Positions 37,141 to 50,716 of a stretch of DNA of 64,000 nucleotides are shown here, piece after piece (the stretch's first letter is position 1; every line of letters begins with the position of its first letter). Source of the stretch: Utricularia gibba (Eukaryota > Plantae > Magnoliophyta). Below the pieces are notes generated by a model. That model had not been told where the DNA came from, did not search any database, and worked only from the letters and a program-made list of their open reading frames with translations. A program made the position numbers and the translations under genes. Where the stretch lies: the NCBI GenBank assembly GCA_002189035.1, contig NEEC01000002.1, forward strand, positions 3,534,001 through 3,598,000, written 5' to 3'.

Positions 37141-39195
37141 CCTAATGCAGTATGTGCATCAATTAGTAGGATGAATTAAAAATGTCTCCTAGTATCAAGT
37201 TTAGTTTATCTCTTTTTTTTTAGAGTTTATGTAACTCAAACTATTGTTTATTATGCATGTTATTACGATTAAATGAAATTTTTATTGATATTACTTTCTT
37301 ACATATTACAATTCATATAACTATAGAAATATTAATAAATATATTAAAATATGAAAAAAATAATTATCAATTATATATATATATATAACTTAAAAACATT
37401 GATTTATAATTATAATTATAAAAAGCATTTATATGAATAAAAGGGTATTTTAGACTTTTATTTACAAATTTTGAAAATTATATCAAACACTATTAACTTT
37501 TACTTATGACTTTTATAAATAAGTTAAAACAAACAACTTCTATTTATTTTTTACTTTAAGTTAACTTTTAGTGCCTCCTATTTATAAGTTAATTTATTAT
37601 AAGTAATGTAAAACAACATCATTGAATGCAATCATCATGTTACAAATGATAGGAATATATCCATTGACTTTACCGCACTATTTGACAAAACTATGAAAGT
37701 GGCAAATGAACACCATGTATCTATCTTATGATATTTTATTTCAAAAGCCTCCAAGGATTGTAAATATCCATATGATATTTTATCATTGCGAAGAGGTAGT
37801 TAAACAATATGGAATACATTAGAGTTTTTGGATTCTTCTGTTTTATACAAATTCTAAAAGAAAAAGATTTTAGTTAGATCTTAAATTTGACCTAAGAATT
37901 CTACTAGGTTCTGGAGACACTTGCAAAACCTATAGAATCCTCAATCTATGAACAAATCAAGTTGAGTTAAGTGGGGATATGATAGGGGATGAGAGAAAAT
38001 TTATGATTGATGTAAATCTGCACTCACTTCCAACTGACTCTTACTATTATTCAACTATATTAAATCTACTTCCTAATATTGAGAAGGAATAAGAGTTAGA
38101 AAATTCTACTGAGAATTGTAATATCATCACACCTATAAGTTTTCAATTGTACTCTCACCTCTCGACGATTGAAAAAGAACACATTGACGAGGAAGTGTGC
38201 AACTCCTCTAATGATCTTGATCATGGTTCACCTCATATTGAAAATAATTGCACTAGAACAGCACACATTGATGACTTGTTTTTGGAATAAGAAAAAAAAA
38301 TCTGAATAAGAATGTTGATGATTCTCATCTCAATACTTTTTGTTAACTTGAGAATTTTAGAATATGATGAAGAAATTGAGGACAATATTAACTTGAATCT
38401 ACAAACTGGCTTTGTTCCGTAATTTTTACAAGAAATTCTAGACTCTAAAGGATCAATGATGAAATAGATGAAGAAAAAAAAATCTTTATGAAAAATATGT
38501 TTGTCATTTTATTAGCACAAGTCCTATAAAAACATGAAGATTAACATGAAAATTGAGATCAACCTCCAAATATAAAGTATAAGTCCATTTCTAATATTTT
38601 GAATAAGTGTCTATTGATCTATGAATCCATCAACACTTAAGAGGCATTAAAAGGCCATGGATGAAATAAATCAATGTATGATAAACTAGTATATATTGAA
38701 GACCATGATATCCGGGAAGTAGTGTATAAACTTGAAAATGCTAAAGTCCTTGAACTTAAATGGATTAGAAAACCAAAACTATATCATTATTGTATTGTGA
38801 ATAAGTTGGAGTCAAAGTTGGTGGCTTTAGGGTATCTACAAAAGGTTGGAGTAGACAATATAGAACCCTTTGAAATGCTGGTCATTTTTTATTGGTAGTT
38901 GTACTACCTTCGCATCAAATGCACTTTTCATTCATACAAGAGGAATGTTGGTTGATGAAGAAGGAGTTGATCCATTTTCTAAGCAACTAGATGCAAAAAT
39001 GTTGGAAGATGAAGGTTCATGACAAAGAAGATGATGATGGCATGGGACTCTTAACGCTAGAGTCAAGTAAAATTAAATTTCTCAATAAACAATCTATTGA
39101 TATTAAAGATCGAGAATGAGAACACTAGCCCATTACATATGGAAAATCACATGGGATGCTTGGCTTGCAAGAGAAAATTGACTTCATATTGGAAA

Positions 39196-40692
39196 TGTTG
39201 GGTTTCTTGTAGACATCTTATGTCATAAAAATAGCGGAATTTAAAAATTTTTGAGAAACCCCCAACGCAAATATTGGAATACGGTATACATCAGACAAAG
39301 GGATGCTGAAAATACCTTTAAGAGGACTCTGTTGTTCACCAACAACCAATAGTAGACAACCTCTATGGTATCCACATGTCGAGCACTCCGTCGATAACCT
39401 TCTCAAAGCTGTTGAATGCTGGTCGATCTCCTCAGGTGCTAGTAGAAAAATTCGCCCCCTTGTGGATGAATCTCAGAGAGAACAAAGATCATGGAAGATC
39501 TGTAGATCTAAATCTTTTGATAGATATTTGGTGACATATCAAATCAAATCTCCGTAAAGATTTCATCTTGTGGAGATATATATATGCTCCAAATCTTATC
39601 TATACAAGATCTTTTATTTTGAGTTTAATCAATATTAATCTCAAAATAACTCTCTATTTAATTTATCTACTTTATCAATTACATCTCATGCAATTGTGTC
39701 ATTCTATTTTATATCGATGAGTGACTCCACTATTGTATGTGACCTTATAGACTTCTTCAATCAAGGCTGTAAAAATGGATTTATTAATTAACTCTTAATT
39801 AATCAAATCCATCATTATCGATCATGAGTGATGTCTAGCAACATATCATGATCCCCAAGATGTAAGAATAATTAGGTGAACTGATTGAGTTTTTCCATGA
39901 CCAGTCACCATGCAATAAACAGTTTTCATCATATTTATATCTCATTCAATACCAGAACATGGGTGTGTCTTTCTGATGTATCGAACTCATAATTGCATTC
40001 AAACACTAACACTCAATGACCTACTCAAACAATTCAAGTGTCATTACCTTGGGCCCAAGACTTACTGTTAGGCTTTGATGCAATTACTTGAGATATGATC
40101 TCATCGTTAACATGAGTGATGAATCCTTTATTGGTCAATCAACTATCTCCAACCTTAAGGAGTTACATCTCTACTCATCCATATTAGGCAAACCATGGTT
40201 AGGCTCCCATTAGTAATGAGCGAAAATGTGAGCTTAAGATCAAGATAACTTTGTTGACCTCAAGTCTAAGCTTACTTACACGACTGTCATGTTCGAGATC
40301 TTGCTACTGACACTTGGTTAGCTTCCCATAGTAGCATCTTGAAGATGAGTCATCCAGTGAAACAATTCTCTAATCGACACCCACACATAGGTTCTAATAA
40401 TTTCATTACATCAATTGTGAGAACCATTGCCTAAACAGTTTAGGCAACTCAATGTGTGCCAATTTATCTGTATTTATGATATCCTTATTTGACAAACACT
40501 CTAGCCAAGGAATTTTTAACTTGAACATGAATGCTTAAAGAATCTGACATTATGATCTCATCATAATTTCTATAGCACATAGATCAAGTAGAGGATTTTA
40601 TCAATAATGTAAACTTGATCACAATTCAAGGTAAACATCAAAAGATAAGATTTGCTAATGAGTTGATTGTCCTTAGAACACATACACCAACA
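39196..40692 (-). mobile_element. Copia (Angela-like) solo LTR, inverted homologue of 4658-6100
   Basis: TG...CA ends. Collinear with the reverse complement of 4658-6100 along its length. Flanks GGAAA / TGAAA form a 4/5 TSD. Confidence 0.85.
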
Positions 40693-42467
40693 TGAAAGCT
40701 ATGATTAGATGAAAGTATAGAAGACTCCAAACTCAATGCTCCCATTCGAACCATTGGATTTTGGACCTATGAATATCGGAATTCAATTTCATTTGGCAGA
40801 GTTAGTTACATTATTTTCACAAATAAGAAAAGTTTCTCATTTCTAAGTATTGAATATCCAAAGTTTTCGCATTCTCCATTTCTTCTACTCAAAATCCAAA
40901 TTAGTAGATTCTTGATGTTGTGTTTTATATTTAGTTTTTAGTATTAATAGGCTAGAAATACTCAAATTAAGGGAGAAAATAGCCCAAAGAATGTTGGTTT
41001 CAATTTTGCATGATGAAAACTTGAATGGATCTAATTTTTTTCTTAATTTGATGACACAGAAGGCCTACTGTTAAATAAACTCATGTGTGCAGCCCATTTA
41101 GATTGGGCTGCATGATGTAAACAATTGACAAGTTATTTTAGAATAGGGGAAAAGTTGAAAATATAGATTTGGGCAAGAAACTGCATTTGGAAGAAAGAGA
41201 GCAAATAAGAGGGAGAGTAAAACAAGTCAAAAAGGCCAATTACCGATACCTAGAGGGAGCTCTCCTTGAGGAAGTTATTTTTCAAGCAAGTTGCAGATGT
41301 GAAGAACAACTTGAGGCGAGAAGTTGGAATAAATAGCACAATCATCACTCTGAGCTGTGAAAGGAGAAGCTTTGACAAGGTTGAAACCATCGATGAGTGA
41401 GAAGGAAGGTAGTACTATTCACTTGCTGAAAGAGAGAGCAACAACTTAGCCACTTGCTTATTTGCTTAAATTTCTAGCATTTTTGTCACTTTTACTTCAA
41501 TATTTTTTCTCACCTTATGACTTAAATGTTTTATCCACTTCATTATGGGTTTATTTCAGCTATTCTTGATTAACATTCAAAACAAAAGAGATACCATCAG
41601 CATCTCTATTCCAAAAGTTTGAACTTAGCCACTTGCTTATTTGCTTAAATTGTTCATGCTATTTATATTTTGACTGTAACTTTTGCTCTGTGCGATTAAA
41701 ATAACATTTTATATGTTATGTTTCTACTTCCCACCTTAATGATGTGCACAAGAATTTTTATTTACTTTGTTTAAGTAGTACTCAACTCACAAAAATAATA
41801 TTCTACATTTGATCCTAATCCCTATATCTCATATATTTACAGATTGATGAGGTCAAAAGTATATCTTGTCAATTATGTTCAATTGAGTCATTCTTCTCAG
41901 ATACTTTTGGCTAATTTTGATTTTTCCAAATTCCCTCAAGATTTTGTAGTACTTAAAAGCATGATAACAAAGAAAATATTGTAAAAAATGAAATCAAACA
42001 TCAAATTAAATATTAAAGAACATAGTAAAATAGTTATACGCAGAGAGACGCAAACAAGACTTTATCGTAGATCATTCGCCGCAAACATATACAGTACATG
42101 TTTGACTCTAACATATAAAAACTAATGAAAAACAGAATGAAATGAAACAAACGAGATTGGACTCAATTTTAGACTCCTAGATTAATTCAAAGATTTGGGC
42201 TCTTCAAAAACTTGATGTAGTTCCTTATATAGATGTAGACATCTGATGATCTTTCTTTGTTGATTTGTCGTATTTTCCATTTAAATCTTTTAAAATAAAA
42301 TCCAAGTTTTTTAAGATGTTCAAAAAAAGTTTAAAATGGAACTACTAGTCAACTACCACAAATACTATTAAATTATTCTAGTCGAAATTTTTTTCCACAA
42401 ATAATTAAAATTTAAGTTTATTTTTTATTTGGGTTTCTATGTATTTCATTCACAAATAGTAAAGTTT

Positions 42468-43851
42468 AATATTAATGGTTTAGTGGTTTTGAGTTTTTTT
42501 AAGTGTTATTTTCTCAGTATTATTTAGGTTGTTTTTATGTTTATATGTGATTAAAGTTGTCTAATTAAGAGTCTATAATATGAGATTTAGATTTTTATCT
42601 AGTTTAGGATAATTATCCTATATCTTGTATTTTATCTAATATATTTGCTAGTTTTATTTAAGTTTTTCTAAAACTACACACATGATAGGAAGTGAGAGAA
42701 AGAGGGTAGAAGATGGCGACAATTTGGATCTTCCCGAGCTGACATCCCCTTGATTTCTGGAAGACTGCAGATACTTAATCATGAGCCTTGACGTACGGAA
42801 CACAAGAGTCTTTGATAGGCGACATCATTAGTGTACCAGTGTTAGAGTAGAGCTTTCGTGCAAGTCACTCCCAATTCATAGCAGAACCAAGGGGACACGA
42901 AAGCTTAGACCCTCAATGAAGTTCAGTTCTGTTCAGACATTGAACAATTAACTTCCTAGTTTACTTTAAACTTTTGTTTCTCTCTATAGAGGATTTTCGT
43001 CTAGCTTCTCTCTAGAGTATGTTTTCGTTTCCTTTAGTTTGTATGGCCATTCGCGGCTAGACACTTCCGTTTCTAGGTTAGGATACTCCCAGATTTATAT
43101 TTCGTTAGCTTATCTTCATCTCTTCTTTGAATCCAAACGGGTTTCGCATGTTTTCGCGCAACCATGTTACAATCTTTCTGTAACAGTCCCCTTATTTAAG
43201 ATTCATGGTTAGCGGATCACTACCAGGTAGTTTTGAAAAGGAGTAAGGTGGAAGGCACCAGCTGATGCCCTTTTGGTAGGAGGAAGACTACGTTTTGTCT
43301 GCGGCTGTACCTCAAGATCAATGAGCAGATAGTGACCTCGTATCTGGACTCATTGGGTCATTGGCAACACTCGGGCACACGCGCGCAATTCGACTGTGAG
43401 GAGACGTTGGCAGAACCTATTATCCTTACGTTCGTCCAAGGAGGAGTAACATCGAGCTATTCTCATGCCTTCTTGCAAGAGAGTGTAAGAGAGGGTAAAC
43501 AATTCTTTACTCCTATAATCGAATACTTAAGAAGACCAGAAAAGAGTGAAGACGCAACGAATATAGCTAAGCAGGATTCCAAACTCAAGAACATTCATTT
43601 TATTTAAGGTTCATTGCTTACGTTTATTTCTGTTGTTTGTTTACAACCCTCTTACCCCCTTACTCAAGCTTCATCATTTACGTTTTTCGCACCTTTATTC
43701 TGAAAACTCATTTACAAATCGTGACAGTTGTATTCGGTGTAACATCAACTTTCACTGAAAAACAACTCCTCGCGTTTGACACTCGTACTACACTTTTGTA
43801 TTTTACGAGTTTTAAAAATATTAAAATTTGTTATGAAAACGACACGCATCA
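42468..43851 (+). mobile_element. Probable solo LTR of an Athila-related subfamily
   Basis: 43340-43851 resembles the 3' part of family B LTRs (ACACGCGCGCAATTCG, ACTCGTACTAC, GAAAACGACACGCATCA). AGTTT flanks at 42463-42467 and 43852-43856, but the 5' TG is not preserved. Confidence 0.5.
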
Positions 43852-45302
43852 AGTTTATAGTTTGAAGTTGAAATTTGAGAGAAATTTGCTCCACCTAAAA
43901 TGGTTAATTGTCATTGAGAAATGCAATTGACGTAAATTAAGTAATGCATTTAATTACAATATTTAGTTTTTAGTATTTAAATATATTTGATTGAATCTCA
44001 AAAATAGAATTCAGTACGGTTGAAATATATAATGCATACCATAACACACAATAAGATCTCCAATATATTGTTAAGTACTGTGTACAAACCTTTGTTTTGT
44101 TTCAATTCCACTCCGCCTATTCCTTATTATTATTCCTCCTTAGACAAAGTCAATTAGCAACTACTTTTGTTTAGAAAGACACCTTATTAGAATTGCATGA
44201 TTTATAGTTGATCCGCCATAGCAGTGGTGGAGCTTAGTCTTGACCAAACCACTTTTCAGTTAAATTTTATATTTCCTTTAAAATATTTATTTAATTTCCG
44301 TGAATTGGGCCGGGCCATCCACTCGTGATTTGAAAAAAATTGAATGAGAGTTTTATTTTAATTGTATCAGATAATAATACTAATGTACTCTTTGGTTCTA
44401 TTTGAAATTTTCTTAGTTTCATCTACAATTGACAATCAAGGATTTTTTTATGCATCAGAAGGCTCCATCATAATACTGCACTTGGACGGTATCTTGGGAA
44501 TTTGAATTACATAAAAAAGTTTTTATTCGTAAAATAAAAAAAAATAAACAAAAGTTGTTTTAACCCCAACCAACCCCATCTGCAGCTAAACTCATCATCA
44601 TATGATTTTATTTTTCCATCATAAAATAATCATTTTATCTAATTACTACAAGAAGTATAGCATAGAATGAAATTGGATAATTATATGGAAGACGTCCACC
44701 ATGAAACTAACTCTAGATCCATAACTAACCCACAACCCAATATCGCAATTGCTAAAGCACTCTATCGAATTATTAAATTAGATGGGAAGGAAATGAAATG
44801 AAGTAATCCATGCAATTCAGTTATTTCTATCGAGGGAAAGAAAACAGATTTTATGAGAATCTAATAAATAATATAGAAATCATATTGAGCGAAAAGAAAA
44901 AAAAATCCTTCGAGTGTGCTTTATCAAGTGATAAATAGAGCACTTGATTGAGTGTAAGAAAATGATTACGAAATTCATTTTGTATGTTTCAAACTCACCT
45001 AATGGAAAGAATTCCATCAAGTGCGATGGATGCCTGTACAAAACTCAAGTCTTTTGCCAAGGAATTCTACTGACATTGCTGTACTCTCACGGAACTCAAG
45101 TGAATTTTGGTAACTTCCAAAACGTGGTGGGCAAAAATTTGGTTTGTGGAACTGCAAGCAGCTTTTTATTTGCATAGATATCTTTTCTGTCGTTGGATGG
45201 CACAAATCATCCTTCCACAACGAAGTTGTATAACATGAACAACAGGAGTTGAACAAGTATGAACTTCGTCCGCCAACAAGCAAACAGCCGCAGGCCACGA
45301 CT

Positions 45303-46866
45303 CTATTTCACAGAAAGTAGCTCCACGTCGAGCTGTGTATTGAAGATCCAAAATCATTTCAAAGAAACAACCAAGTGCAGACGGCTGATTGCTTTGTGTG
45401 TTGTTCCCTGCTTAAAACCATCATTTCTTACCTCGATTGTCGCATTCGGGGGATTTCCTGCACCCCTTTACTTCCATAAGCGAGCTCAGGTGGTACTATC
45501 AGCAACCGCTGCTTACAAATCAAAGACAAGACTAAGCTATTTCCGTTTGGAAGGTGCTAGGAATTAATGCGGGCACCTGGCCTCCTGCCCTCATTCCTCG
45601 AACACCCAGGTCTAATCCTTTAAGGACTCTCCCCCTCTCGGACTGACCAACGTCGAATCCATATGGCTAAATGGAAAGGCACCGGTTGAAAGAACAGTAA
45701 GGTGTAGTTTTCATACAAGCAAAGCACACACCCTTAAACGCCAGAATGGTTACTGATCATGCCGTACCGTTCCACCGGTAACACCAAGGCCCTGCCTGCT
45801 GGTCATGAAAGTGATGCCTTTCCACTTTGCGACATAATGAACCTGAAACATGACATCGCCCCCAAAAAACATGATACCAGCAATAACAAAAGAAGGTTGA
45901 GATAAAATATGTTATGCCTTCAAAAGCAAGCCATGCTGTTTGACCAACAACTCAATGCTTGTAAGTTAGACAAAACAATTTTAATGATGCCAATCATACT
46001 GCAACCCGAGATCCTTTTTCAGCTTCAGGTCCTCCCCCAACCTTCAAATCATAGTACCTGCCACAAATCCAGCCTATCAGAGTGCTGGGATTTTTTTTTT
46101 TTTTTTTGAAAAGGGGGAATGCTTGACAACCCAATGTATTAAATAACTAACTTCAGAGTTACCGGTTGCTGGTTCGGCTGTTCTAAGCTGCAGGATATCT
46201 ACAACAATAGCTTATGAGAAGGCTATTACTGGTAATGCAGAATAAAGATAACCATTTCCGGGTATGTTACTAACTTCCGAATATTCACTTTCAGGTATTT
46301 TTGCTGCTCTGAGCTGCAGAAACAGCAGAAATTCTGAGTCTAAGAGTGCCTGTTAACGAGAGAGCAAGAAAGCGGAATCTTACAGCTCTCCTACTGGTGC
46401 TAACAGCTTCAGCTGCGTCAGATAAAGCAATTCCAGCCCCTGAATAACAGAAGAAAATATGCAATCACCACAGGGTAATGAGAAATTTAAAAAAGCTTAG
46501 CAATTCAAGGGGATACTTGTTCAGACAATCAAATCATCAATAAAACATAGAAAAAAAATATTGAATCTAAAGACTTACCCGCTACAAGAAGAGAACCCAT
46601 TAATGCCCTCCTTCCTTGACTCTGCAATGCAACTTTCCCTTCAGAGTGCTCCGAAAATTGGGAAGAACACCGGCATGTGAAAAGCGATTGATTCATCAAC
46701 AAGCGTCTGCTTCCTGTTGAATAATGAGTACTTATTATCCAAATACAAGGATCTAGAGGATTTTAGTTATACAGAGCGACCAACTGATACCGAGGCGGAA
46801 CTTAGCGCAATTCATGAAAGCAACTGCATGTTTCGGTGGATGGCAGGGGAGAAGTGCGAGCTCCAT
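45303..46866 (-). pseudogene. FKBP16-4: Thylakoid-lumen peptidyl-prolyl isomerase FKBP16-4 copy with three lesions. Exons 46866-46791, 46713-46579, 46439-46384, 46313-46275, 46057-46000, 45842-45768, 45666-45577, 45508-45432, 45332-45303
   Basis: Transit peptide, then GRRALMG..AEAVSTSRRALRAAKIPESEY, YYDLKVGGGPEAEKGSRVAVHYVAKWKGITFMTSRQGLGVTGGTPYGFDVGQSERGRVLKGLDLGVRGMRAGGQRLLIVPPELAYGSKGVQEIP and LDVELLSVK*. Matches recalled At3g10060. Confidence 0.88.
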
Positions 46867-47537
46867 TCTCTTTTCTCAGCCTTGAAGTTGGTAGGCTTGG
46901 GGGATGAATGAACGAAGGCCAGATGTTTTAGTAGCTTGCTTCCTTCCGATCCACATCCTCAACTGCATGTTGAATTAAGGATTCGACGGATGTAATACGT
47001 GTAAAATCCAATTGCAAAATAAACATAAATGTTATATTTAATTGATTATTAATAATTTATAATAATTATAAAATTTATTATTTTATCTTAATTTATCTAT
47101 GTGATATTATTTATTTTAATATTCATACTCAAATCGAACTAGTTTTGATATGATTAAAATTTATCTTTCATGATTATAAATAGTGTTAAAATCATAAATC
47201 GATCTAATTTTTATCATCTAAATCTAATGAATTTCTTTATTTTTTTATTGAAACACAAATCAATACAAAACTTATCTTGATTACTGTTGCGGGCGAAAAT
47301 CGGTGTAAAGGTTTGAATCGATTTTCGGGCTCAGGAAGTGATCGGAAATGCAATTTCTTTTTATACTTCTTTCTGTGATCTGTTCGTCTCAACCGGGTGA
47401 AATGGATGTAGGCAGAGATTTTTTACGTGGAAACCAACGTGAGACGGAAAAACCACGGAGCTGTCGGAGCTTGACGGTGAAGACTTCTACTAGACGGAGG
47501 TAATTGAAAAAGCGATACAAGTTTTTGAGTATAAGAG

Positions 47538-49182
47538 TGTTGCGTGTCGTTTCCTCAACAAATTTTAAATATTTAAAACGTAAAACACCAAATAGCGTAG
47601 TATGAGTATCGATCACAGGGAGTTGTTTTTCGTGAAAAGTGTTTTGTAAGAAACTTCTACAAAATGTCACAGTTTTGTAAAAGGAGGTTTGTGGAATGCA
47701 GAAATAAAAGTTACAACCTAAGTAATGGGTCTTGACTACGGGACGCAGTTCCTGGGAATAAGCTTCCATCTCCTTCCTTTGTTCGTCCTTGCCTCGGTTT
47801 TCATTGATTTCTTCCAAATAGCTGGTTATAGGAGCAAGGAATAATTTATTCTCCCTTACACTCTGATTGACAAGGAGGCACGGGAATAGCCTCATGTGAT
47901 TCCCCTTGGACGATTAGAAAGACAAGAGGATTGCCTTTGATTGCCTTCATAACCGAATTGCGCGCGTGTGCCCAGCTATTGCCACTGGCCAGTGGTAGGT
48001 TTGAGGTCACAACCTATCCACTATCGCGGTACCTAGGCTACAAACAATCCGCTACTTCCCTCGAACCGGCAGGGTTGGAGTTGGTGCTTTCACCTTGATC
48101 TTCACCAAAATCCGCGAGGAGTGGCCTGCTACTCATGGACCTTGACTAGGAGTCGTTACAGAAAGACTGTAACAAGATGCGTGGAAGTATGCAGAATCCG
48201 AAATCAATTCAGCGAAGAATCGAGTGTATATCTCAGGACTTAGAAGGAAACTTCATCTACTTCCCAGAAACTCAAAGGTTTTAGCCCAAAAGGGCCATGG
48301 AAACAGAAATGAAAAGAAACTAAGTGTTCTTCCTCCTTGAGAGGAGGAAGAATTCAAAAGGTCTAAGTACAAGAGAAATTGTTCAAAAGTCCTAAACTAA
48401 GTGCTCCAAGTGGCTTTTATATTAACTCCTTTGAGTCCCCTTCCCATCATTCCTTATGTCTTGCGTGCACCAGTAGCCTTCCTTTGCGTGCAAGTTAGCC
48501 CTCAATCATTGCTACAGACTCTGACATGCCGTAAGTCAAGGGGCATGACCAGTGTAAGTCTTCCGCCCACAATTGTTGCAAGTCGCGTACAAGACACGAG
48601 AAGTCAGACTCTGACCACCTGCAATACTTCTGCAATACTCCACGACAGTCTCCTGACATGTCTCAGTCAAAGTGTGAGAAAAAAGGCATAAAATATACAC
48701 AAAATGGGAAAATAGGAATTTTCTAGTAAAAATCAAATACTTAATAATAAGACTCCTAATTTGGACGACTTCATACATAATAATACCTAATAATTAACTA
48801 GAAAATGGCACTTAACATATTCCCCCACACTTAAATCATGCTTGTCCTCAAGTATGAAAATCATAGCAGTCCATGAAAGATGGCAGAACCTAAGTCATGA
48901 TGCATTACTAAGGTACATTCATTCCTGCAGCAGGTATTTACTCCAATTCTTTTCCTGTCCTTCAATCAAATTAAGGCAAGCCACTCAATTTCGCATGTAT
49001 TAGGTAAAGACTTAACCAATGACTACTTATACACTAACATCATCAAGGCAAAAACATTAAAGAACATACACTATAGTTACTCAGGGCCTTTTTTTTTTTT
49101 TTTGATAAAGGTCCCCACTTTGGGGAAGAATGCTTGGATTACGAAACCTTATGTGGTGCTAACCACGGTTTCGCCAAACACT
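47538..49182 (-). mobile_element. 3' part of an Athila-type element (3' LTR 47538-48817, PPT, short internal piece) inside the Tat 3' LTR
   Basis: Homologous to 26560-28430. The PPT is the reverse complement of TATTCCCCCACACTT at 48818-48832. Confidence 0.8.
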
Positions 49183-50494
49183 TGATAAACGAAAAATTGT
49201 GCAAGTCGTTAATTGCAAATTTTCCTATCAAATAAATTTATAACACAACCCACATTCAAGCATAAAACAATTATGATCATAGTGATTAGGGTCGAACACG
49301 AAGAGCAGGTGCTTGCTATGTGAAAGTTGACGCACGAAACTAGTGTCACGTTGGTAAAATTAGTCTTAGCTAGGAGTAAGGCAGAACTAAAACGAAATAC
49401 AGTAAATAAAAATAACAAGTTCTGGAGTTCGGTTGTTTCTGGAATGGAATGGGTGATGCCTTGGGACTCCTAGGGGATGTATGCTCATCACTAAACAAAC
49501 TCACAGCTAGGTCAGATTGGAGCTAGAATGGTCGAGAACATATTACCCAACTTAGGGGACAAGGGGCGGAACGACCTCTCGATCTACTTTCAGCAGCCCA
49601 GGAAGAAAAACGTCGTCTAGGTGTTCCCTCTTGCCTCAATTTAATCGATCCAAACCACAAATCATACAACTAACTCACAAGATCTAGGTCTACCCGGATT
49701 CTTGTTTTTCCCCCTAATCTTTGGTCTACCTCTAATTAGGGTTGTTAAGTTGGGTTTCACTACTTCCCCCTCCTGGATCTATCCTGGTTTGTTAAGGAAG
49801 TGGCGTGACTCATGGCTGTTTAGATCTAAGGTTGATTAACATGTTTCTCCCCTTTTTACCCCAAGGCACCCCCTAAGTACTTAGCCACTCATACTTAAGG
49901 TAAATGAAAGTGGAAAAGAAAACATCACCCACAATGTGCTCATTTCACAGTCAAATACCAGAAAGCAAACAAGCAAGTAATGTGAAGTGTCAACAAAAAC
50001 TGAAAAACGTCACTAGCTACTCTTAGCTAGGAGTAATGTTCTTCGAAGACAGAAAATAATCTTGAACTTCAGCTTCGTTCCTGTTTGTCTTCCTTCTTCT
50101 TCCTCCCCAGAAAACCTTCCCAGAAATTGTGTTCGTGAGTCTCCAAGGGGAGATCTGCTTCTCTCTCCACCTTTCCTCCCTTTTTGTCCAAAATCTTCCT
50201 TTCTCCCCTCCTTGGGCTTTGCGTGTACTCTTCTTCAGACTTCTGTCACCTTTACTGCCACCACACTGTTCATACTCGGCTCCTTGGGATTTGTGTTGCG
50301 ACCCATGCTGCATTGCTCGAAAGGAACTATTAGAAGGTTGGGACTAAATCGCAGATTTAGTCCCAACTAAGACTAAAAGCGCACTCCTACGGTACTTATG
50401 TGCAAAAATATAGAAATTGGCAATTAAGCTTAATTTTTGTAGCATAAAATGAGTAAATTCCATGCATTGAGCCACTCAAAAATATGTGTTATCA
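49183..50494 (-). mobile_element. Gypsy-type LTR (family A), probably solo
   Basis: TGATAAAC...GTGTTATCA. Both ends are homologous to the solo LTR at 23356-24492. The TSD is not clean (CACT/CATT). Confidence 0.65.
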
Positions 50495-50716
50495 CATTAT
50501 GCTACAACGACACTAGACTTGTTCTCAAGTCCTAACTAAGACTAATAGGAGGTAAATAGTCAATGAATCTCGTACAGAGCGATGTGGATGCTTAACATTC
50601 AGCTAAAAACGCATGAGTTGTAGGGTGCTAGTGTGCATGTGAGGGTGTCACTCAAGCATACATGACAATTTCATCCTGAAAGGTGCATTCGAAGATTAAA
50701 TGAGCAAAAATGGCAT

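Larger units (their letters stand above)
31260..37620 (+). mobile_element. PIF/Harbinger DNA transposon, decayed and interrupted by Athila
   Basis: Contains the canonical Myb/SANT ORF plus DDE transposase pair in tandem. Termini are AT-rich and eroded, so the limits are approximate. Confidence 0.7.
30210..40907 (+). mobile_element. Highly decayed plus-strand Copia element hosting nested insertions
   Basis: Direct LTR fragments 30276-30491 and 40693-40907 (TGAAAGCTATGATTAGATG...CTACTCAAAATCCAAATTAGTA). gag start PPMFDSQNYKVWAKLMEDYFDLHDLW at about 30604. RT-like remnant KVLELKWIRKPK..KLVALGYLQKVGVD at 38674-38898. Boundaries are approximate. Confidence 0.6.

Noticed and set aside
4658-40692. 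A past inversion between the two inverted Angela-like LTRs
   Set aside because: Each LTR keeps its own matching flanks. Recombination would have swapped them.
41443-41651. Perfect 30-bp direct repeat (41443-41472 and 41622-41651)
   Set aside because: Two copies only, in decayed LTR-like AT-rich DNA. Not an array, and not CRISPR-like.
47389-47895. 168-aa ORF, with similar ORFs at 26432-26791, 35719-36117 and 58315-58644
   Set aside because: Chance frames through repeated LTR sequence. 47389-47895 even crosses an Athila/Tat junction.
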